A DNA stretch of 63,565 nucleotides, the filler included, from Octopus bimaculoides (Eukaryota), in the NCBI RefSeq assembly GCF_001194135.2. It is 8 parts of 8 records of this genome, joined end to end, with 100 filler letters (N's around TTAATTAATTAA, not from the genome) between each part and the next. Parts side by side here need not be neighbours in the genome. Positions count along the whole stretch, not along the records: positions 53,202 to 56,594 come from NC_068992.1; positions 56,695 to 59,657 come from NW_026323109.1; positions 59,758 to 62,280 come from NC_068997.1; positions 62,381 to 63,565 come from NC_068995.1; 4 more parts are not named here. One strand, written 5' to 3'. Shown here one piece after another: positions 55,400 to 63,565 of the stretch (positions within the stretch are counted from its first letter, which is position 1; the number at the start of each line of letters is the position of its first letter). The notes under the pieces were generated by a model. It made no database searches. It saw only the letters and a program-made list of their open reading frames with translations, and had not been told where the DNA came from. Made by a program: the position numbers and the translations under genes.

Positions 55400-55625
55400 T
55401 CATTTTTTTCGCTTGGGTTTGCCATTTATTTTGAACAATTCCATTCCTTTCCTTTTTGCAGTATCTCTGAATCTCAGTCTAGGTTTTCCATGGTTTCTTT
55501 CCCTCTTGCGCATAGTTGAGAGTAAAGGATTTTGTTTGGAGAGTCTACTGTTGTTCTTCTTGTGTACTTGACCCAACCAACGCAAATTTCCATCAATGGG
55601 GATCTCTTCATTCTTGATCTTGTCA
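55400..55625 (-). pseudogene. RTE-clade LINE ORF C-terminal fragment
   Basis: LRWLGQVHKKNNSRLSKQ...RERNHGKPRLRFRDTAKR matches the RWxGHV..R.PK..GRP.LRFKD pattern of RTE elements. Confidence 0.7.
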
Positions 55626-55673
55626 AAGAGAGTAATTAACGCTCTATTACTTGTTTGCTAGTAATTCTATACA

Positions 55674-55886
55674 CGAGTGGGTGCTGAAAATTTCCTGGCT
55701 TTGGCTAAACGAAAATGCAGGAGGATCAATTAAATATGAATTTATGCACATTTCTCCCTCAGATTCACGCACTTATTGCAGTGGTCCTTTAGTTTTTCTA
55801 AGCGCTATAAAAGAACTCGGAAGGTTGGGCCTCCAGCCAGGCCTTTCGCGATACTCTTAAAACTAGGAACTTTTCAGCACCCCTCA
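55674..55886 (+). mobile_element. 213-bp MITE derived from the same maT family
   Basis: TIRs CGAGTGGGTGCTGAAAATTTCCTGG and CTAGGAACTTTTCAGCACCCCTCA|TA; the interior matches the 5' end of the 53.2-53.8 kb element. Confidence 0.88.
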
Positions 55887-56081
55887 TATACTATTCTGCA
55901 ATATGTTACCCTACAGAATGATGCTGTTTAGTTCTTGCAGAGTACAATGTTTATATGGTCTGGAACAATGGAACAATCCGTTTTTATTTTATTTTTCATT
56001 TACAGCAGTCTATTGGATGATGCAAAAGTACGCTAAAAGAATCTATCATCGATGGATTACGAGGTGTTAACTTTTTACCTT

Positions 56082-56395
56082 TTGCTTGTTTCAGTCATTG
56101 GACTCCGGCCATACTGGGGCATCACCTTGAAGGCTTCGGTCGAACAAATCGACCCCATTACTTATTTGAAGTCTGGCACTTATTCTATTAGATTTTTTGC
56201 CGAACCGCTAAGTTCCGGGAACATAAAAAGAAATCAATGTCAGTTAAGGGGTTGGGGGACAAGCAGAAACACAGCTACACACAGTTACACACACACACAC
56301 ATACACACAAAGACACACAGCCACACACACACATACACGCACAAACACATACACATATATACATACATACATACATACATACATATGTGTGTGTG
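56082..56395 (-). mobile_element. SINE family B, diverged 3' half with expanded internal CA/TACA tract
   Basis: ttgtttcagtcattggactccggccatactgg...gaacaaatcgacccc...ttttgccgaaccgctaag. Confidence 0.7.
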
Positions 56396-56396
56396 T

Positions 56397-56594
56397 GCGA
56401 AGGTGCGTAGCTTAGTGATTAGGGTATTTGGCTCATGATCATGAGGTCGAGCGTTCAATTCCCGGCGATGCGTTGTGTCCTTGAGCAAGACACTTTATTT
56501 CACATTGCTCCAGTCAAAAATGAGTAATTCTAACCCTGTATTTCAAAGGGTCAGCCTTGTCACATTCTGAGTCATGCTTAATTCCCCCCCCCCC
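56397..56594 (+). mobile_element. SINE family C, 3' end lost in a gap
   Basis: Same head as 15306 and the tttcaaagggtcagccttgtcac segment shared with family A. Confidence 0.75.
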
Positions 56595-57247
56595 NNNNNN
56601 NNNNNNNNNNNNNNNNNNNNNNNNNNNNNNNNNNNNNNTTAATTAATTAANNNNNNNNNNNNNNNNNNNNNNNNNNNNNNNNNNNNNNNNNNNNTAAACA
56701 ATTAGGAAAACTAGTATTCAATAAAGTATTTCATAGATATTTTAACATGAAATTTCATTGTTTGAATATTGCCTCTGCAATGGAACCAACCATTCCAAGT
56801 TGTTATAAGCATGATGATGATGTTTGTTTACAGTCATCACATGATGTCAACACAAGGGTGCACACAAATACATACATACTCGTATACACACATACACACA
56901 CACACACAGGTGTACACACACACACANNNNNNNNNNACTCGTATACACACATACACACACACACACAGGTGTACACACACACACACACATACAGACATAT
57001 ACATACACACATACACAAATGCACACACACCCATACAGACATATACACACACACNNNNNNNNNNATACAGACATATACACACACACATACACAAATGCAC
57101 ACACAGACATACACACACACACTCATATACATACACGCAGACGTACACACACACTCTCTCTCTCAGACNNNNNNNNNNCACTCATATACATACACGCAGA
57201 CGTACACACACACTCTCTCTCTCAGACGCACACACACACACATACAC

Positions 57248-57392
57248 ATGATGGGCTTCTTTCAATTTCTGTTTGTGAAATCCATTCACAAGTATTTGGT
57301 TGGCCCAGTAGAAGATGCTTGCCCTAGGTACTGCAGAGTGGAACAGAACTAAAGACCTCATAGTTGAAACACAAGCTGTTCAACCATGCACT
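57248..57392 (-). mobile_element. Diverged family B 5' half
   Basis: gggcttctttcaatttctgtttgtgaaatccattcacaag...gaagatgcttgccctaggt. Confidence 0.6.
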
Positions 57393-57540
57393 AATATCTA
57401 CTGCATCTTGGGTAGCATTCAGTATGCTTTCAGTGACCATAGATCTGTACCTTCAGAAAAAGAATTGGTTCTGAAGGTCTGTTGGGCCACATGAGTTACT
57501 ATACACCTCTGTCACACCACTATACACAGAATCATATCTG

Positions 57541-57740
57541 TAGCCTAAACAGCAGACTGGTAGTCTTGGGTTAAGTCCTCTTGCATGGAACTTGGGCAAG
57601 TGCCTTCTTCTATAAGCACCAGGGTTACCAAAGGCTTGTGNNNNNNNNNNTTGGGCAAGTGCCTTCTTCTATAAGCACCAGGGTTACCAAAGGCTTGTGA
57701 GTGATTATGATAGACAGAAACTATATGGAAGCCCATTGCA
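57541..57740 (+). mobile_element. Diverged family B 5' half (duplicated across a 10-N gap)
   Basis: cttgggcaagtgccttcttctataagc...aaaggcttgtgagtg...gaagccc. Confidence 0.6.
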
Positions 57741-57810
57741 TGTGTGTGTGTGTGTATGTGTGTGTCTGTGCGTGCGCATATGTATATATTTATATATTCA
57801 TATATCTTTT

Positions 57811-58406
57811 TTTCTTTTACTTTTAGTTGTTTCAGTCATTTGACTGTGGCCATGCCGTAGCACCGCCTTTGGTCGAGCGAATCGACCCAGGACTTATTCT
57901 ATGTAAGCCTAGTACTTATTCTATCGACCTCTCTTGTCAAACCGCANNNNNNNNNNNNNNNNNNNNNNNNNNNNNNNNNNNNNNNNNNNNNNNNNNNNNN
58001 NNNNNNNNNNNNNNNNNNNNNNNNNNNNNNNNNNNNNNNNNNNNNNNNNNNNNNNNNNNNNNNNNNNNNNNNNNNNNNNNNNNNNNNNNNNNNNNNNNNN
58101 NNNNNNNNNNNNNNNNNNNNNNNNNNNNNNNNNNNNNNNNNNNNNNNNNNNNNNNNNNNNNNNNNNNNNNNNNNNNNNNNNNNNNNNNNNNNNNNNNNNN
58201 NNNNNNNNNNNNNNNNNNNNNNNNNNNNNNNNNNNNNNNNNNNNNNNNNNNNNNNNNNNNNNNNNNNNNNNNNNNNNNNNNNNNNNNNNNNNNNNNNNNN
58301 NNNNNNNNNNNNNNNNNNNNNNNNNNNGTCCAAGGTGCCACACAATGGGACTAAACCCAGAACCATGTGTTTGGTAAGCAAGCTACTTATGACACAGTCA
58401 TTCCTG
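57811..58406 (-). mobile_element. SINE family B, full length, spanning a gap
   Basis: Tail at 57811 and head (ccatgtgtttggtaagcaagctactt...ttcctg) at 58360-58406. Confidence 0.85.
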
Positions 58407-59862
58407 TGTCTATCTACTTATAAAAAGCAAAGTTTGTTTGTATGTTGACAGCTGAAAATACTGAATAAAATTGATAATAGTTCAGGTGTTTTGCGTCATT
58501 TAAATTAATTTGACCATTCCACAGATAACTATGCACTTATTTTCCAAACACAAAGTAGTGGGGGAGCCGAGTTGGTGGTGCATTGGCTCCTATTTCTAGC
58601 AATCCATGTACTGTCTATTTCACCGTAATTCCTTTTACAGCATGAAAAAATACACCACTCAATCCACATCCAACTATCTCTGCTTTCTCTGTATCTATAT
58701 GTCTCTCTCTATGTCTCTCTCTATGTCTCTCTCTCTCTCTATGTCTCTCTCTCTCTCGTTCTATATCTGTCACTCTCTCGCTACTTCTACCCCTTTTTCT
58801 CTTCAGAGAAAAATATGTGAGATTAATAGAAAGGGGGTTAAGGAGAAAAGAAAAGTGAAACATAGTCGGGGAGAGACAGAAAACAGACATATATATATAT
58901 ATATATATATATATANNNNNNNNNNNNNNNNNNNNNNNNNNNNNNNNNNNNNNNNNNNNNNNNNNNNNNNNNNNNNNNNNNNNNNNNNNNNNNNNNNNNN
59001 NNNNNNNNNNNNNNNNNNNNNNATCTAAAAAATCCAAGAGAAAATTTGTAATCCATAAAATCTATAGAATATAAGACTAAAATTTTAATCAGTTTAGTAA
59101 ATTTTAAAAAAACGAAAGTGAATGAAAGACTACATGCGTTTCATGGTCACATAAAAGGGGGNNNNNNNNNNTATCTGGTCAATCTACAATGAAGCGATCA
59201 AGATAAATACCACTCATAAGGAGGACACTCTTCAGGTCATTTAACTTCAAAAAACGTAACCTAATATTTAAAAATGCGATAAAATAAGAAAAGTAGAAAA
59301 ATCTGTATGTTTAAGCAAAATTTAGTACAATAAATAAATAAATGTCAAGGTTTTATGATAATAATCATAATAATGATAAACATCTGTCAAGTTAAAGGCA
59401 TAAAACGTCTATTTCTGAAGATAAGGAAAAAGAAAAGATATATAAAGATAGTGTGATTAACTATTAAATGGATTGAGACGTTCAAGAGTATTAGGAAAAA
59501 GAACAACATCACTTAACTTAACAAAGATTCTTTGTTGACTGTGGTATTACCCATTAGGCAAAGAAATTTAAACGATGTGTATCACGTGACAAAATGGCAT
59601 TTATTTGTGACCACAAATATTAAAATTACCATGTAGAATTAAAATATGTGAGACACGNNNNNNNNNNNNNNNNNNNNNNNNNNNNNNNNNNNNNNNNNNN
59701 NTTAATTAATTAANNNNNNNNNNNNNNNNNNNNNNNNNNNNNNNNNNNNNNNNNNNNCTTAGGTGCTTCGCAACAAAAATATTAAAAAATTCCAACAAAA
59801 TGTGGACAATAAAAGGTCAAATAAACGTTTACCTCTGCAGCCGATGTGACAGCACGTCCGTC

Positions 59863-59941
<79 letters not shown>
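59863..59941. repeat. (GATA)n microsatellite
   Basis: Direct reading. Confidence 0.95.
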
Positions 59942-59942
<1 letters not shown>

Positions 59943-62380
59943 TAGATCTGTTTGTATGCATGCATTGCATTAGTGTGTGTACGTGTGTGAGTTTTACCGA
60001 TGTACATGTGCAGTATAAACGAAGCGTAGATTCTAATTTGAACTTTCATTTTGATTAACTTTAAGCAATGAAAAATGAAAGCCCTCTTTGGCGTTTAACA
60101 TTCTGAATTTTATTCACCAGAGAATAACATTATAAGAGAATATTGACATTTTCTATACTTTTTTTGTTGTCATTATTTCATACTCGCTAATTCTTCCTAC
60201 AAACTTCTGTATCATTTTTTTATAGTCTTTTTCTCTGTTTATTTTTCTTACACCAACAGCATAATTTTACAAAGAATCTTTTGTATGTGAAGCGTGTAAA
60301 ATGCATTTAAGTGGAACACAACTAGAGATAAACATAAGCTGTGAAAGGCGGCAGATTTCTGCAGCAAATCCTAAGTGGATTATTTCTAGAGAGTGACATT
60401 TTCTTAGTTGCATAGGTATAAGGATGCATGTAGTTTTGTTAGAGACAGCATGCGTCTATGGCTTGTCATATTAGCTTCCATAAGAATAACAAAGCAACGC
60501 TACACATAAGCAAAAACTTAAGAAAACACACAAAAACACATGAATGCACATATTTACATATATTTATATAATATATAAGCTTGTATGTATATATATATTT
60601 AAATATACATTCATATATACTCAGCTCTGTAATTCGAATAGGTACACACATACACATACACACACACATATCTTTATGAAATGATTTCGTGCGAGCGGAG
60701 GACTAACTTTACGTCCATCTAATAGCATTATCGGAAGCCAAGCCAAAGTTTTTCTACTCCCACTCCCACTTATGTATTTAGCGAAACATGCTTTAATGAT
60801 TCTATATATGAAACGATTTCAGTCCCCTAGATTGACGGTCTCCTTTACTGTTAGTTTTATCAATTAGTCACTGGTCAAAATGGCTAACATTTCAAAATGC
60901 AAACCAATATAATTCCTGCATTCAAAACCTAAATTCATTGAACCCCCAAATATGAAATATTTATAATTGACTTTATTATTCGTCTTGTCGACTCTTTTTC
61001 TTAAATGTGAATATTTTTATGTCGTGCGTTATCTTTTCAAAATTACTTTACCATTAAAAGCATTTGATTCTTGCTCTGTAAATTTGATGAAATAGGTAGA
61101 AAAGAAACCAAAAACAGAAAAAGGAAAATGGTTAACAACAGCTGAAAAACTGTCTTGTGTAAAAAGTACCAGTAGGAATGACTAGGCTTCTCGCAGCATA
61201 ATGAGAGGGTTTTTCCGCAGTTAACGGTATTACAATTTTGAGGGGATGTATCAGCTTTCTACCTCCAAATGGTTAATTCAGATAAACCGAACGTATCATG
61301 TTCTAAGCAGTGATACATTACGGTGTTGTTGAAATAACATATGCTTTACAATGAACGGCCAATGAGTATATGCAATGACACAAGAATTGATATAGTATGA
61401 TGTTAAACTGAAATTATTTTATTATTGATATTTTCTAATTATGCCTTTAAATTTGTTAATGTTAATTACTGCCGTTGTTTATTGTTACTGATTAGCGGTG
61501 TTTGTGCTCAGATAAAGCAAATTTACTGTGGAATATGTTCCTCCATTCCAAATTCTCCATTTCTTTGATACATCACCTATATTTGACTACATTATCGTAC
61601 TCTACCACCATTTTGAATTTTTTGTTAGGACGGCAGTCTCTAATTTGATGGAAATTAATCTGCTACATCTCTCAAATCAAGCAACCACACATACACTCCA
61701 AACATTGGCTTGTAGTTTAAACAGTATTTGTTTGTTAGCCTTTTGTTTTCGCTTGTTTGTTTTATTTTGGAAGCCACGGACACTGATGAATGGTAGATCA
61801 TAAACCTTAAGTCATTCTTTTCTTCCCGACAGACTGTCAAACTTCATATTTTTTTGCTTCTGATGTGAACTGGCAGTCAACCATCTTAGATTACCACGGG
61901 GGTCATTTCGTTTGCATTAGCCACTTGATACCATCAAACCAGAGCAAAGATGGAGGACACCGTGTAGTGGAAAGTTTTGCTTTTTACCGTGATATAAATT
62001 GGCATTGATTTATTGTTTGATTAAATGATTGATTGGTGACAATGAATCAGCAAACGAGAAGGGATTTGTGTAGCAAAAGCCAAGTAATGTAAGAGCAACG
62101 GAATCCATCATTGATGCACACTAACTATATCTGTCGTTTGGTTTACGTGTGGAGTAAATATGATGTGCGTCGATTGTATTGGGTCGGATGGAAGGCGGAG
62201 TGGTACGTCCGGTAAAACAGAAAAGGAAATGATAAGTAAGGAAAGGGAAAAGAGGAGAAAAGCTGAGGGTGTGTGTGTGTNNNNNNNNNNNNNNNNNNNN
62301 NNNNNNNNNNNNNNNNNNNNNNNNTTAATTAATTAANNNNNNNNNNNNNNNNNNNNNNNNNNNNNNNNNNNNNNNNNNNN

Positions 62381-62463
<83 letters not shown>

Positions 62464-63168
62464 GAGAGATATACAAACATACACACGCACTCCTATGGTG
62501 CAATTCTTTTTCACTGTTCACAAGCTCATTATACGAATAGGAATTTGGTGTAAATTTTGGTCATACATAAGCATTTGAGACTGAGTAGAAGGAAGAGGAG
62601 ATGTTTATTTATGGTTTTAATATTTAAGTAAACAACGTTTTCATAAAAAACAAACTCATAAATTCTATTCGATGCGCGGTATTGAGAGAGAGGAGTAGTT
62701 CCGTAAAATCACCACCTATATCTTCTCTTCGTACACTTATATCAGAAATAAATAAAGTGAACAAACCTTCCAGAAAATACACACTCACGTACATATATAC
62801 ACGAGCAAATTTTCCAGCACGCACATAAAATATCATATATTTTTAGTTTCTTTTGCCAGGCCACTTGCATGTGTAATCTTAGGTATTTAGCTGAAGTCTA
62901 CTAACTTTGACGGAAACAATTTTCATGTTGCTTTAGTGTAAAGGTTAACACATCCATATTGCAGGAGATACGACAACTTCTTTCCACCTTGTTTATATGT
63001 ATGTATATATATATATTTACGTTATATGTACATACATGTCTATATGTATATGCATACATACATTCATGCATACATACATACATACATACATACATACATA
63101 CATACATACACACATATATATATGTGTGTGTGTACGTATATATATATGTATATGTGTATATATACATG

Positions 63169-63565
63169 TACTCTTTTACTCTTTTACTTGTTTCAGCCAT
63201 TTGACTGTGGCCATGCTGGAGCACCGCCTTTAGTCGAACAAATCGACCCCAGGACTTATTCTTTGTAAGCCTAGTACTTATTCTATCGGTCTCTTTTGCC
63301 GAATCGCTAAGTTACGGGGACGTAAACACACCAGCATCGGTTGTCAAGCGATGTAGGTGGGGGACAAACACAGACATACATACACACATATATATATATA
63401 TATATGGGAGAAATACATATATATATATATACGACGGGCTTCTTTCAGTTTCCGTCTACCAAATCCTCTCACAAGGCTTTGGTTGGCCTGAGGCTATAAT
63501 AGAAGACACTTGCCCAAGGTGCCACGCAGTGGGACTGTACCTGAAACCATGTGGTTCGTAAGCAA
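63169..63565 (-). mobile_element. SINE family B, nearly full length, running off the window end
   Basis: Tail, core, internal microsatellite and head-proximal segment (cttgcccaaggtgccacgcagtgggact). Confidence 0.9.

Noticed and set aside
56011-56030. tattggatgatgcaaaagta, similar to a mariner/MADE-type TIR
   Set aside because: Only 20 bp, with no partner TIR or body.
61190-61240. NERVFPQL, resembling the hAT dimerisation motif ERVFS
   Set aside because: A single short motif with no supporting neighbours.

Overview
AT-rich, gap-ridden eukaryotic genomic DNA, mostly intronic. The SINE families and extreme di-/tri-/tetranucleotide microsatellite density suggest an Octopus-type coleoid cephalopod (inference). 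Only one coding segment is firmly supported: a 204-nt phase-0 internal exon on the minus strand (48071-48274) encoding the conserved NOL4/NOL4L domain ([22 protein letters not shown]...[13 protein letters not shown]). A few further minus-strand phase-0 exon candidates are weakly supported. The rest is (i) at least five tRNA-type SINE families, (ii) decayed transposon fragments (DD37D/maT mariner plus a MITE derived from it, hAT, Penelope GIY-YIG, RTE, LINE endonuclease), (iii) minisatellites of 10, about 14, 21/32, 39 and about 150 bp, (iv) a 6-kb trinucleotide domain that flips strand in the middle, and (v) assembly artefacts (N gaps, 44N-TTAATTAATTAA-44N spacers, sequence duplicated across 10-N gaps). 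Almost all ORFs in the supplied track are microsatellite or N-gap read-throughs. I see no CRISPR array, rRNA or true tRNA gene, and I cannot claim a new biological system. The best leads are a kB-like-motif satellite, a codon-biased 150-bp repeat, an inverted young SINE pair enclosing a candidate micro-exon, and an antisense promoter/solo-LTR-like cassette.
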